Assembly: GCA_000146045.2 (NCBI GenBank) | Contig: BK006948.2 | Location: forward strand, 128,001-192,000 | Direction of reading: 5' to 3' | Source of the DNA: TPA_inf: Saccharomyces | Lineage: Eukaryota | Length of the DNA: 64,000 bases | Shown here: positions 1 to 11,226 of the stretch, in pieces | Numbering within the stretch: the first letter of the stretch is position 1 | How the letters are laid out: every line of letters begins with the position of its first letter | The notes under the pieces: model-generated | Told to the model about the DNA's origin: nothing | What the model saw: the letters and a program-made list of their open reading frames with translations, nothing else | Databases searched by the model: none | Position numbers and translations under genes: made by a program

Positions 1-1236
1 TTTTTCATTTTTATTTTACTTCTGCGTCCATATATCCGGACCATATATATGAGTGTAAATCATTTAGCTGTTGACACCATTGAGTATTTACAATTAAAAC
101 CAATTGAGCTCAACAGGCTTGCGTTGAATAATGTTGAGCTGCCCAACGAGCCCTTTTCTCGCGGAGTGCTGTCCGAATTGTCCGAGTTTTTATACGGACA
201 GAACTATCGCTTCTTTGAAGTATATATAAGAATAGACCGGCTGTTCACCCCGTATCCTCCTTTTCTATCTCTTGGCTTGCTATGTTTCAATGTCAGCCTT
301 TGCTTTTATGTGCCCTTGCATACACGTGAATATGTCTATTTTATGTAAACTATAACAGCTGGTACTGCCCGTACATATGCTTAAATTAAATAGCTATTGA
401 CGAAGGCCCATTTTCTCGTAGAATATCAGGGTAACATATGGAATAATCATTTTTCTCTGTCTATAAGTAGTAAGACTATTGCTTCTGATCCTTCTGTCAA
501 TCGCCTGTCTCCAGTTTTATTTCTTGTCACCTAGAGAAACATACGCTGGAGTTCCCTGTACTATCAAAAGTTGTTTCGGTCCCGCCATTTCCGACTAGCT
601 CTATAGCTAATGGTTGAGACTCAAATAGTTCTGTAGCAATGGAAGCTGATGTACCCCAAATACGAAAAGTCTAAGGCTCAAAAATATATGGTGGGCCCAT
701 ATATGCCTAGAATAAGGTATGAAACATGACAGATGGTTAACGATCGACTCGACACATTGTTGATGGAATAATTGGTCCCTAGTTAAACAGCGGAGAAATA
801 GCCGCCCAGGATAATCGGAGAAAAGTCACGTGCAAAAAGAAATCATATTCGACGAAATAAACTAGAATAACTTTTGACGTTTAGCAATAATAACCCCAAA
901 TGGAAGCGAACATTTCCCGATCCTTTTAGTTTTCTTTAAGGCGCTATTGGCATTCATCTTCAAAGCTTCCGCAACACAGAAATTATATATTCACATTTCT
1001 GAGGCAGAGAATAGTTTTGACAACGAAACTGTTAATATTTTTACTCCAGTTACCGCCTTTGAAGTCTGATATTGGTGTACAAAGGTACTTAGGGGTATTT
1101 AAGAACAAGAAACTACATAAAATAGTTCGAAAAGGGAAAACAAAAGTAACATCTTGATGAACCGAGAAGCCACTAACTAGTTTTTAAAAAGCAAAAGAAA
1201 TTAAATCTCTCCTTTTTTTTTTTTCATTTCAACCAA

Positions 1237-4200
1237 ATGTATTTTGATAAGGATAATTCCATGAGCCCTAGGCCGTTATTGCCAAGTGATGAGCAGAAGC
1301 TAAACATTAATCTTCTAACGAAAAAGGAGAAATTCTCGCATTTAGACCCCCATTATGACGCAAAAGCCACTCCACAAAGAAGCACTTCGAATAGAAACGT
1401 TGGCGATTTACTTTTGGAAAAAAGAACCGCTAAGCCTATGATTCAAAAGGCCTTGACGAATACGGATAATTTCATTGAAATGTACCATAATCAGCAGAGA
1501 AAAAATCTTGATGATGACACTATTAAAGAAGTAATGATTAATGATGAAAACGGAAAAACTGTCGCTAGTACCAACGACGGCAGATATGACAACGATTACG
1601 ATAATAACGATATTAATGACCAAAAAACTTTGGATAATATAGCGGGAAGTCCCCACATGGAAAAAAATCGAAACAAAGTAAAGATTGAACATGACTCTTC
1701 ATCTCAAAAACCAATAGCTAAAGAGTCATCCAAAGCCCAAAAAAATATAATCAAAAAGGGAATCAAGGACTTTAAATTTGGTAGTGTAATAGGTGATGGC
1801 GCGTATTCTACTGTAATGTTAGCGACGTCGATTGATACCAAAAAGAGGTACGCCGCAAAAGTACTAAACAAAGAATATTTAATACGCCAGAAGAAAGTCA
1901 AATACGTCAGCATAGAAAAAACCGCCCTTCAAAAGCTCAATAATTCTCCTAGTGTTGTGCGATTATTTTCCACTTTTCAGGATGAATCAAGCCTATACTT
2001 TCTCTTAGAGTATGCCCCCAATGGGGACTTTCTTTCTTTAATGAAAAAATACGGTTCATTAGACGAAACCTGCGCACGATATTATGCTGCGCAAATAATA
2101 GATGCCATAGACTACTTACATTCCAACGGTATTATTCATAGAGATATAAAACCAGAAAATATTCTTTTAGATGGAGAAATGAAGATCAAACTGACTGATT
2201 TTGGTACTGCGAAGTTACTGAATCCTACAAATAATAGCGTTTCGAAACCAGAATACGATTTATCAACAAGGTCGAAATCTTTCGTTGGAACTGCAGAATA
2301 CGTATCTCCAGAACTTTTAAATGACAGTTTTACAGACTATCGTTGCGATATTTGGGCCTTCGGATGTATACTTTTCCAGATGATTGCCGGAAAACCACCA
2401 TTCAAAGCTACCAATGAATACTTGACTTTCCAAAAGGTAATGAAAGTTCAGTACGCCTTTACACCAGGTTTCCCACTTATTATCAGAGATTTGGTTAAGA
2501 AAATCTTAGTAAAAAACTTAGACCGAAGATTGACGATAAGCCAAATTAAGGAACATCATTTTTTCAAAGATTTGAATTTTAAAGACGGCTCTGTTTGGTC
2601 AAAAACGCCTCCAGAGATCAAACCATATAAAATCAACGCCAAATCCATGCAGGCAATGCCAAGCGGAAGCGATAGAAAACTGGTGAAGAAATCAGTCAAC
2701 ACACTTGGCAAATCGCATCTAGTGACTCAAAGGTCAGCTTCAAGTCCCTCTGTTGAGGAAACTACTCATTCAACCCTATACAATAACAATACTCACGCTT
2801 CTACTGAAAGTGAAATATCAATAAAGAAGAGACCCACTGATGAAAGAACAGCGCAGATACTTGAAAATGCAAGAAAGGGTATAAACAATAGGAAAAATCA
2901 ACCAGGCAAGAGAACACCAAGTGGTGCAGCTTCTGCTGCCCTAGCAGCTTCTGCTGCTTTAACCAAGAAAACCATGCAAAGCTATCCAACTTCTAGTTCG
3001 AAAAGTAGCAGGTCAAGCTCTCCTGCGACAACATCAAGACCAGGAACTTATAAGCGTACTTCTTCTACAGAAAGTAAACCATTTGCCAAATCTCCACCTT
3101 TGTCAGCATCAGTTTTATCGTCAAAAGTCCCAATGCCTCCATACACACCTCCAATGTCGCCCCCTATGACACCATATGATACATATCAAATGACACCTCC
3201 CTATACGACAAAACAGCAGGATTATTCTGATACCGCAATTGCCGCACCTAAGCCTTGTATTAGTAAGCAAAATGTTAAAAATAGCACAGATTCTCCCTTG
3301 ATGAACAAGCAAGATATTCAATGGTCCTTTTACCTGAAAAACATCAACGAACATGTACTAAGGACGGAAAAACTGGATTTTGTTACCACAAATTACGATA
3401 TCTTAGAGAAGAAAATGCTTAAACTAAATGGTTCATTGTTAGATCCTCAACTGTTTGGTAAGCCTAGACATACTTTTTTATCCCAAGTAGCTAGGAGTGG
3501 GGGAGAGGTTACAGGTTTTCGAAATGATCCAACTATGACTGCTTATTCCAAAACAGAAGATACGTACTATTCGAAAAATATTATCGATTTGCAGCTCTTG
3601 GAAGATGATTATCGAATTGAAGGAGGTGACTTATCGGAGTTGCTTACTAACAGAAGCGGAGAAGGGTACAAATGCAATCAAAACAGCTCACCAATGAAAG
3701 ACGATGATAAATCCGAATCTAACAATAAAGGAAGCTCTGTTTTTTCTGGCAAGATTAAAAAATTATTTCACCCTACCTCAGCAGCTGAAACGCTCTCTTC
3801 CTCTGATGAAAAAACCAAGTACTATAAACGAACCATTGTAATGACATCATTTGGAAGGTTTCTAGTATTTGCCAAGAGGAGGCAGCCAAATCCAGTTACA
3901 AATTTAAAGTATGAACTAGAATATGACATAAATTTGCGTCAACAGGGTACCAAAATAAAAGAACTAATCATTCCCTTGGAAATGGGAACTAATCATATAG
4001 TTGTGATTCAGACACCTTACAAGTCATTTCTTTTGAGCACTGATAAAAAAACCACGAGCAAATTGTTTACTGTTCTCAAAAAAATTCTTAATTCGAATAC
4101 AAATAAAATAGAGAAAGAACTGTTGCAAAGAAACCAAAAGGTAATTGAAAGAAGAACATCATCATCCGGAAGAGCCATACCTAAAGATCTTCCAACTTCC

Positions 4201-4482
4201 AAGTCTCCTTCGCCAAAACCCAGGACGCATAGCCAATCTCCATCAATTTCAAAGCACAATTCGTTTTCTGAATCGATTAATAGCGCTAAGAGCAACAGAT
4301 CAAGCAGAATTTTTGAAACCTTTATCAATGCCAAGGAACAAAATTCAAAAAAACACGCTGCTCCAGTACCGTTAACCAGTAAATTAGTTAACGGATTGCC
4401 AAAAAGACAAGTTACCGTGGGATTAGGTCTAAACACAGGAACAAATTTCAAAAACTCATCTGCAAAATCGAAGAGGTCGTAA
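1237..4482 (+). CDS. PKH2: Ser/Thr protein kinase, PDK1-like (Pkh family), 1081 aa
   Basis: ATG at 1237. Kinase motifs are present: G-loop GSVIGDGAYSTV, VAIK-like AAKVL, HRDIKPEN, DFG, SPE. A long Ser/Pro-rich C-terminal tail follows. Length 1081 aa equals PKH2 (YOL100W). A poly(dT)14 run sits at -24..-11. Confidence 0.93.
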   Translation: MYFDKDNSMSPRPLLPSDEQKLNINLLTKKEKFSHLDPHYDAKATPQRSTSNRNVGDLLLEKRTAKPMIQKALTNTDNFIEMYHNQQRKNLDDDTIKEVMINDENGKTVASTNDGRYDNDYDNNDINDQKTLDNIAGSPHMEKNRNKVKIEHDSSSQKPIAKESSKAQKNIIKKGIKDFKFGSVIGDGAYSTVMLATSIDTKKRYAAKVLNKEYLIRQKKVKYVSIEKTALQKLNNSPSVVRLFSTFQDESSLYFLLEYAPNGDFLSLMKKYGSLDETCARYYAAQIIDAIDYLHSNGIIHRDIKPENILLDGEMKIKLTDFGTAKLLNPTNNSVSKPEYDLSTRSKSFVGTAEYVSPELLNDSFTDYRCDIWAFGCILFQMIAGKPPFKATNEYLTFQKVMKVQYAFTPGFPLIIRDLVKKILVKNLDRRLTISQIKEHHFFKDLNFKDGSVWSKTPPEIKPYKINAKSMQAMPSGSDRKLVKKSVNTLGKSHLVTQRSASSPSVEETTHSTLYNNNTHASTESEISIKKRPTDERTAQILENARKGINNRKNQPGKRTPSGAASAALAASAALTKKTMQSYPTSSSKSSRSSSPATTSRPGTYKRTSSTESKPFAKSPPLSASVLSSKVPMPPYTPPMSPPMTPYDTYQMTPPYTTKQQDYSDTAIAAPKPCISKQNVKNSTDSPLMNKQDIQWSFYLKNINEHVLRTEKLDFVTTNYDILEKKMLKLNGSLLDPQLFGKPRHTFLSQVARSGGEVTGFRNDPTMTAYSKTEDTYYSKNIIDLQLLEDDYRIEGGDLSELLTNRSGEGYKCNQNSSPMKDDDKSESNNKGSSVFSGKIKKLFHPTSAAETLSSSDEKTKYYKRTIVMTSFGRFLVFAKRRQPNPVTNLKYELEYDINLRQQGTKIKELIIPLEMGTNHIVVIQTPYKSFLLSTDKKTTSKLFTVLKKILNSNTNKIEKELLQRNQKVIERRTSSSGRAIPKDLPTSKSPSPKPRTHSQSPSISKHNSFSESINSAKSNRSSRIFETFINAKEQNSKKHAAPVPLTSKLVNGLPKRQVTVGLGLNTGTNFKNSSAKSKRS

Positions 4483-4724
4483 TTAGTAATTTTATCTAAT
4501 GTTTTCATCAAGCTACTTAAATACTCTAAAAATAAATATATGAGGAATTTCAAGTACTCATATAAATATAATAATAATTCTCGATCAATCAAATGAAAGA
4601 GCGCCGTAAGGCAGAATCCCAGAATTCGAAAAGAATGAGACAATGCTCCTTTTGCTATTTATTGAATGCAGATAATACGCACTGTTTCTGTGTTGAAAGT
4701 GAAGCTGAAATGGAGGTCATGTAC

Positions 4725-7700
4725 TCACGCATTTTCGTCTTCTTCACTATCAATTTCGTCATCGTCATCTTCTAGCTCTTCTATTTCGACAGTGAAACCT
4801 TGAGTTTCAAAGAATTCTTGAACTGATTCCAATTTAGCTGGATGACAGCTCACAAAGGCAACGCTTTTATTGGAATCAAACATGTTGACAAAATATTTCT
4901 GCATGGCATTTTTCAGATCTGTTTTGGTAACATTCTGCAACCTTTCCAAATACAATTCATTGAAGTTGTTCCCCCTTTGCAAACAGAATTCATCAACATA
5001 TTTGGACAGGGCTGTTTCAAAGTATCCGCATTCGATAGTAGCCAGCCTGTTAATAATACTACTGATGGCACCTTGGATTAACTGCTCATCAAATTCCAAG
5101 GCACCTGATGCATAATCTTGAACAATCTGTTTTCCAACTTCATAACATTTAATAATATCAGCGCCGCGGTAAATATTGAATCCCCAAGAATTTATCTCAC
5201 ATAATTTTAACATGCTGGCACCATAGGCCAATCCGGCACCACGGATTCCCTTCCAAAATGGACCTTCAACACATTCTAGATATTCGGAAGCCAATGAGAC
5301 AATAGCGTATTCGGGATCATGGTAGTCCAAGTTAAATGGGATAGACGTTATTAGATTCATATAAGCAGATTCTGAGGCGGGAGTAGTTATTATAAAGGCC
5401 TTTTCACCAGGTGTTCTGCAAATCGATGAAATGGTATCTAGGGCTCTTGGAACTGGTGGAATTTTTAACTTCTCAACTGGATGTGCAATGTTCAAGCACT
5501 TAATTAAGGGATTCCATGGTTCATAAACGTCATCGATCTTTGAGATGTCACCAAGAACCAAAATATGAAACTTGTTGAAATTTGCTCTCAGTTGCTTTCT
5601 CATTGTTTCTATTCTTGGCAAAATTTCTTTCTCAAAGTTGCCATTCTCAATTTCTGCAAAAATCTCTTGTAATTTTGCTTCAACAAATAATGGATCGGTG
5701 GATTTTTTCAGCGATCTTGCCGAATAGAGATTTCTGTTAGTTAAAGAACTTAACATAACATTACCATTTCTTTTCCATTCTACAATAGAATTCAAATAAT
5801 TCTCCAGCAGAATACGAACACGATTTTCATCAAAAACCATGTCAAATAGGCAGTGCTTGATCCATTGAACAGAGTTAGAGTAACCCCCAGCTCTACATTG
5901 AATTTTAAAATTAATAAGGTCAGGACAAGAACCCTTCAAACCTTGGTTGATCTGTGCGTCAATAGTTTCTGATTTTAACTTGGCGACAACTTCCTCAAAC
6001 GAGAGCATAGTTTCTACATTACTCTCCTCATCAAGGATTTTCATTGGCATGGAAAATAGCTCGTCAAACATATTAAAATATGGTAAAAGCGAGGTATCCT
6101 TAATAGATGCGGAGTTGACCAAAAAATGCAGCTCTATAAATTGAGACGGGAAATGATTTAAGTGAATGAAAAGAGGAAAATTGTCTGGCCTCGTTTCTAA
6201 AATTTTTTTGGTCAGCGGATCACTAACATTATTGTATTTATACGAATCGACAGTTGCAATGCTTTTCGTGTTGACAAATTCAACACTCTTTGAAGGATTA
6301 TCAATCTCAAATTTCTGTAGTAGAGATTTCGGAATTGGCCTATCATTAATATTTTTTGCATTGTTCAATCTTTTCAATAAAACCAGTTTCTTTTCATCAT
6401 CAAATTCAGCTTCTCTTTGTTTGATCAAATCCGATTTTTCTTTCTCTAGTTGTTCATACATCAAAGCGCTTGGTTTAGCGGTAACTATGATAGGTTTGTT
6501 GTCTACGAATATTCTGTTCAGCAAAGATTGCCAGTCCTTTTGGGACCATTGTAATAAAGCATCAAAATCACTTAAATCCTTGAGAGAAGACACTAATGAA
6601 GAACCATCTTCATTACCATAAATATAGTCGGTAATCACAGCACTAGAAAAACGACTCTCGCCATTTTTTTCATAGTTCAGCAAATATTCCCATTTAGTAT
6701 TTTCAACTACCTGTCTAACTCTTGATAAATCAATGGTATGGGTTTTCAAAATCTCCAGTACCTTGGTCTTTGTTGCTGCTATTTTTTCTGTTGGGACACC
6801 TTGGATACGAAGATCAATTATGGTTCTCATGAAATAATCAGTGCAACAATCAGTGGAATTTGCCATGGGATCGTCAATTTCAACCAGTTCTCTTGTAAAC
6901 ACTGCCAATGCAGAGTCAGTAAAGTAATCTAATAGCACATCAACCGCTAGGTCATTACGAAAATCTGAGTAGGGAACACCAATCCAAGAAAAGAGTAATT
7001 CACCCTGACTTTCATCAAGTTCAGGAAATTCTACAGTAGATTCCGTAACTTTATCTCTAGATTGCGGTATGTGCGAAAGCTTGTTGTCCAAAAATGGTCT
7101 TTTCTTTGGTATATTCGATGGAATCTCCGGCAATTTGTTATCCCATTCTTCCATGACGGTTAACAGTTCATCTGTTGGTACGTTACCACAAACAATGACA
7201 CAAAGATTATCAGAAGAATACAGAGATTTGTGAAATTGTCTGATTTCGTCGTTGGTTAAGGTTCTTAAATTTTTCGTTAGCCCACCAGTTTCTGACCGAT
7301 AGCCACTTCCTTCAGGAAACATTAATCGCTGCTTTTCTAACCCTGAAATGTACCAGCCCTGAGTTTCAATGGCTTCCATTTCACTAAATACCACACCTTT
7401 ATCACCCAAATTTTCCGGGTCGATGTGATAAACCTCAGTTAAACAAGCCTCGTCTGTTAAAGTTGGATGTAGGATGTGATCTAGATAAGCAGGTAGCAAC
7501 TTTGAGAATCCCTTCCAGCCAGCACTGCTTAATGTATAAACAGTTTGGTCGGTATCAGTCCAAGCATTGGTGTTAGACAAAGACAGATTACCAGCTGTGT
7601 CTAATAAACCTTTGTATGGGTAAGATTTAGAACCCATGAAGATCAAATGCTCCAAGGTATGCGGAGCACCTGAATCATTAAGACATTCTGTAGGAACAGC

Positions 7701-7838
7701 AAAGTAACCGTGAACCAATGGGGAGGTTTTGTGGTTTATATGTACCAGTTGCAGTTTAGTTCGTTCCGAGATATATTTAGTTATATGGTATTGTGGGACA
7801 TAATCCGGTTGGAATGATACGAGCTTCTTGAACCCCAT
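4725..7838 (-). CDS. YOL098C: M16-family (inverted zincin HxxEH) metalloprotease-like protein, 1037 aa
   Basis: HTLEHLIFMGS inverted zinc-binding motif near the N-terminus. The first ATG is at 7838 (MGFKKLVSF...). The track's 1061-aa version starts at a TTG at 7910, which I regard as an artefact. Position between PKH2 and WRS1 matches YOL098C (SDD3). Confidence 0.85.
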   Translation of the reverse strand: MGFKKLVSFQPDYVPQYHITKYISERTKLQLVHINHKTSPLVHGYFAVPTECLNDSGAPHTLEHLIFMGSKSYPYKGLLDTAGNLSLSNTNAWTDTDQTVYTLSSAGWKGFSKLLPAYLDHILHPTLTDEACLTEVYHIDPENLGDKGVVFSEMEAIETQGWYISGLEKQRLMFPEGSGYRSETGGLTKNLRTLTNDEIRQFHKSLYSSDNLCVIVCGNVPTDELLTVMEEWDNKLPEIPSNIPKKRPFLDNKLSHIPQSRDKVTESTVEFPELDESQGELLFSWIGVPYSDFRNDLAVDVLLDYFTDSALAVFTRELVEIDDPMANSTDCCTDYFMRTIIDLRIQGVPTEKIAATKTKVLEILKTHTIDLSRVRQVVENTKWEYLLNYEKNGESRFSSAVITDYIYGNEDGSSLVSSLKDLSDFDALLQWSQKDWQSLLNRIFVDNKPIIVTAKPSALMYEQLEKEKSDLIKQREAEFDDEKKLVLLKRLNNAKNINDRPIPKSLLQKFEIDNPSKSVEFVNTKSIATVDSYKYNNVSDPLTKKILETRPDNFPLFIHLNHFPSQFIELHFLVNSASIKDTSLLPYFNMFDELFSMPMKILDEESNVETMLSFEEVVAKLKSETIDAQINQGLKGSCPDLINFKIQCRAGGYSNSVQWIKHCLFDMVFDENRVRILLENYLNSIVEWKRNGNVMLSSLTNRNLYSARSLKKSTDPLFVEAKLQEIFAEIENGNFEKEILPRIETMRKQLRANFNKFHILVLGDISKIDDVYEPWNPLIKCLNIAHPVEKLKIPPVPRALDTISSICRTPGEKAFIITTPASESAYMNLITSIPFNLDYHDPEYAIVSLASEYLECVEGPFWKGIRGAGLAYGASMLKLCEINSWGFNIYRGADIIKCYEVGKQIVQDYASGALEFDEQLIQGAISSIINRLATIECGYFETALSKYVDEFCLQRGNNFNELYLERLQNVTKTDLKNAMQKYFVNMFDSNKSVAFVSCHPAKLESVQEFFETQGFTVEIEELEDDDDEIDSEEDENA

Positions 7839-8219
7839 TGTGAAGATTCGACGAACTGTGTTGAAAGTGCGTATAATTGGTCTTCGTGCCGTTTTTTGGG
7901 TCACTTTCAACTTTTCAGCGAGTAGTTTCTCTCACTATATCTTACGCTCTGTTAAAATCTTTTGCCACTACTTCAAAATTACGATCTATGGGATGAAAAA
8001 TTTACATGAATTTACCAATACTCGGAAAAATGCAGGACAAGAAATAAGAACATTTGTATAATACAAGAGACGCATATACACATACCTACTCAGATAAGTT
8101 TAACGAGTTTCTCTTCCATAGGAGGGTCTAATCTCCTTCAGAAGTCTAACGTCTAAAAGTTCGTAAAGAATATCATCATAAAGTATGGTATACAAAATTT
8201 ACTGTGCAACAACAGCACA

Positions 8220-8405
8220 ATGCAGTCCATGATCTGCTCATCTGAGCACGAAAACCTAACCTGCAAGTACTGGCCTGTTAGCTTCCTCGCTTCTTGGTGT
8301 GAGAATGGGTCTGGCACACTGATGCAGAAAGATGGTAGTCTTTTATATGCCGTGAAAAATTTTTCCCATATATTTGAAAAAAAAATTTTTCATACCAATC
8401 TATAG
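8220..8405 (+). CDS. small ORF (61 aa) in the YOL098C/WRS1 intergenic region; possible annotated smORF, function unknown
   Basis: ATG-initiated 61-codon ORF MQSMICSSEHENL... with no recognisable domain. I faintly recall a small YOL097W-A-type ORF annotated here but cannot confirm it. Confidence 0.2.
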   Translation: MQSMICSSEHENLTCKYWPVSFLASWCENGSGTLMQKDGSLLYAVKNFSHIFEKKIFHTNL

Positions 8406-8526
8406 AAATAGTGAGGTCAGGAGACATCGCAACACTATTGTTCTATTGCATTATTTTTTTAGTGTTAAACTACAATTTCGGATTCTATATCATTGTATAT
8501 AATAGCGTCAGAATAAGCGTGACTAC

Positions 8527-9825
8527 TTACTTCTTTTCTTGCTTAGTTTTTGGCTTAGGTGCGACAAGTCTTTCCTTTTCGCCCCAAACCAACTTATGTG
8601 GGACCATGAATTTGTCCAAGGTCTCTTCGTCCACCTGAGCTCTGCGTTCCTGGAACGCCTTAACGAATTCTTGCAGAGTCTCGATACACAGTTTCTTCAT
8701 TTCACCTGATAGTAATTCACCGGACTTATATTTGTCATAGCATTCCTTCAAGAAAACATCGTCATCCTTGAAAAATGACAAGTATTGGTATGCAACATCG
8801 ACATCGGGATTACCACCTAATTCTCTATGTAGGTCGGCGGACACTTGACCACCGCTGAATGCGTACTTGTTAATTTTCTTTTGAATTTGCTTTGGTGTAT
8901 CGGTCATGAAAATGGCAGTGGTATCATCAGAGGCTGACATTTTGGTCGTGGAACCTTGCAAAGCTGGAAAGAATCTGGAATGAAGCAAAGCAGGTTTGGA
9001 GTACTTCAATTTATCCGCGACATCCCTACAAACTCTGAAATATGGATCTTGGTCAATTGCACATGGAATCAAACATGGTGTCTTATCAGGCAAGCCTAAC
9101 ACATTAGGAAATGAGCTTGGGAATGCGGTAGCAATTTGAATGGAGGCAAAATGGAACTTACCAATACAGTCGGAGTCATTAAACCCGAAAACAGCCTTTG
9201 CAGTGGATCCTGTAATTTGTCTGGAAACTCTTACTACAGTTTCGTAAAATGCACCACCCATGTATTGCAAATCAGAAAAGATAAAGGTGTTCTTTGGATC
9301 AAAGCCAACAGCAATGATATCCTTGGCATTTTCACGGGCAAAATTCTTAACGTCATTGATGGTCAACTTGTGTTTGAATAAAAATTTTTCGTCATCTGTC
9401 AACTCTATGACTAATGGTACGTCAAACACTTCCTGTAACCATTTGGTGAAGACAAAAGGGATCATATGACCCAAGTGCATAGAATCGCTCGAAGGACCTC
9501 TACCAGTGTATAGGAAAAATGGTTTGCCTTGTTCGTAAAGGTCTAATATTTTAGTGAAGTCACGCTCACTGAAAAACAATCCCTTACGCAAAAAATGATG
9601 TGGTTCACGACCCGTCACTTGCTTGAATCTCTTCAGGGTTTCTTCGTTGACCGGCTTAGTACCGAATTGTTTGATCAATTTGTCGTAATCAATATTTTGG
9701 GCTCTACCTTGTTCATCAACCCCACCTTCCACATCCCAAGGTGTAACTACTTGCTCTTTAACATCTGTGCTTTTTAGTTCCGACACTTGTTGGGTGACTT
9801 TCTCTACAGTTTCGTCGTTGCTCAT
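8527..9825 (-). CDS. WRS1: cytoplasmic tryptophanyl-tRNA synthetase, 432 aa
   Basis: Class I aaRS motifs are present: HLGH (SDSMHLGHMIPF) and KMSAS. ATG at 9825. Length 432 aa equals WRS1 (YOL097C). Confidence 0.95.
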   Translation of the reverse strand: MSNDETVEKVTQQVSELKSTDVKEQVVTPWDVEGGVDEQGRAQNIDYDKLIKQFGTKPVNEETLKRFKQVTGREPHHFLRKGLFFSERDFTKILDLYEQGKPFFLYTGRGPSSDSMHLGHMIPFVFTKWLQEVFDVPLVIELTDDEKFLFKHKLTINDVKNFARENAKDIIAVGFDPKNTFIFSDLQYMGGAFYETVVRVSRQITGSTAKAVFGFNDSDCIGKFHFASIQIATAFPSSFPNVLGLPDKTPCLIPCAIDQDPYFRVCRDVADKLKYSKPALLHSRFFPALQGSTTKMSASDDTTAIFMTDTPKQIQKKINKYAFSGGQVSADLHRELGGNPDVDVAYQYLSFFKDDDVFLKECYDKYKSGELLSGEMKKLCIETLQEFVKAFQERRAQVDEETLDKFMVPHKLVWGEKERLVAPKPKTKQEKK

Positions 9826-10106
9826 CGTTGTTCTACGACTATTTTTTGTTATTGAGTTTTATTTCTGATACCTCAATGACTAAAAAAAATTTTTCAACGT
9901 TTTGATCTTTTTTCTCTCTTTTCCATTATAAGCGGAAAAGAGATACTGTATTGAATAAATTACTGGCGTCTTGAAAAGGATACATCATTTAATAAACGCA
10001 GGACCATGCCATTGCTTTTTGAACTCATGCTGTACGTGAAAAAGTGTATATATATATATTTATATAAGAAGATATTTACAGTCAGATACCTACTTTTCGT
10101 TTGATT

Positions 10107-11045
10107 TCAATTCAGTCTCTGAATAGCCATAAAATAATTACCGACATCGGAACAATCGTGCTCAACCCACCCTTGATATGGGAGGTACATGGTCCCCTTG
10201 AGATCCAACAAGCGAAATTGGCCACTGTAGTTGTCATTGAACCAGGCAAGGATTTCCTTTGAGTTTATGTATTTGCTCAAATGATGAGTACCCTTTGGGA
10301 CGATCTTCAAGACGTTTTCACCCATAAAAATTGTAGTAAACCATGAGATGAGATCTCTGTTTATAGTACTTAAAAAGAGTATACCTTTTTCGGGATTTAA
10401 CCTCGACCAACAATGCCTTAAAATTTCACTAGGCATATCCACGTGCTCTAGCATTTCCATACAGGTGATAATATCAAATTGTCCAGTAACATCCTCCAGA
10501 GCCTTGCACTCATAATTTATCTTTCCCTCCAGCATGGGGTCTTTCTTGGCATGCTCTTTTGCTACCATGATACAATCGCGAGTCAGATCGATCCCTTGAA
10601 CATTCTTCACCCATTTTAGTCTCGCGAGCGATTCACTCAAAATGCCACCACCGCATCCAACATCCAAGACGCTCACTTCTGGCCTCTTATCTAGATTAGT
10701 CTCTATGCTTTCCTGCATTTCCCGCTGAATATTGTCGCAGACGTATTCTGGTAGAAACTCCTTGTAATTAAATCCAGGGACAAATATTTCAGGATTCTGA
10801 ATTTTAACCTGGTTCCTCACAGTCCTCTGCACAAAATCTAACCTAGTTAGATTCATTTTGTGTAGAATTCTTTGTGATCCGTCTGTATCCCACCAAGTAG
10901 GGGCTAGCTCCTGGAAATGCTTCACTTCATCTTCAGAAGCATCTGTGCTCTTACATCTCGTTTGTGTTTGAATTGCAAATCTTGAACAGGCGCTCAATTG
11001 TTTCCTCACATGAATAACCTTCAAAAATCTAGATCTTAACAACAT
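10107..11045 (-). CDS. COQ3: 3,4-dihydroxy-5-hexaprenylbenzoate O-methyltransferase (ubiquinone biosynthesis), mitochondrial, 312 aa
   Basis: SAM-binding motif VLDVGCGGGIL. The N-terminus MLLRSRFLKVIHVRK is presequence-like. Two in-frame ATGs lie 4 codons apart (11057 and 11045); I chose the downstream one to match the recalled 312-aa COQ3 sequence. Confidence 0.85.
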   Translation of the reverse strand: MLLRSRFLKVIHVRKQLSACSRFAIQTQTRCKSTDASEDEVKHFQELAPTWWDTDGSQRILHKMNLTRLDFVQRTVRNQVKIQNPEIFVPGFNYKEFLPEYVCDNIQREMQESIETNLDKRPEVSVLDVGCGGGILSESLARLKWVKNVQGIDLTRDCIMVAKEHAKKDPMLEGKINYECKALEDVTGQFDIITCMEMLEHVDMPSEILRHCWSRLNPEKGILFLSTINRDLISWFTTIFMGENVLKIVPKGTHHLSKYINSKEILAWFNDNYSGQFRLLDLKGTMYLPYQGWVEHDCSDVGNYFMAIQRLN

Positions 11046-11226
11046 TATGAATCCCATAAGACTTCGCTGTACCTGTTTCCCTTTAATTGTTTTGTATGCC
11101 TTTTAGCATACTTTACCATCCCTCTTTTTGAACAATGGAAATGAAAAAAATAAAAATATCTGCTTCTAAAACTTGTATTATGTAAAAGGGTGATAATACA
11201 TTATGAAAGGTAAGTAAAAAACTATT

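Noticed and set aside
49-348. 99-aa plus-strand ORF at the left edge of the window
   Set aside because: No recognisable domain and a hydrophobic, low-complexity C-terminus. It lies in what should be the promoter/3' spacer between the upstream gene and PKH2, so it is most likely a chance ORF.
4017-4643. 208-aa minus-strand ORF antisense to the PKH2 3' end, and similar antisense ORFs (6166-6621 plus strand in YOL098C; 28545-29075 plus strand in DUF1; 1408-1913 minus strand in PKH2)
   Set aside because: They lie wholly opposite well-supported long genes, have Leu/Phe/Ile-rich low-complexity composition, and match the pattern of dubious antisense ORFs (for example the YOL099C type).
7910-7910. 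Longer N-terminal extensions in the ORF track for YOL098C (to 7910), TRM10 (14791), AVO1 (53643) and MDM20 (58970)
   Set aside because: I checked each extended start in the sequence: they are TTG or GTG, not ATG, so I trimmed to the first ATG, which also reproduces the known protein lengths.
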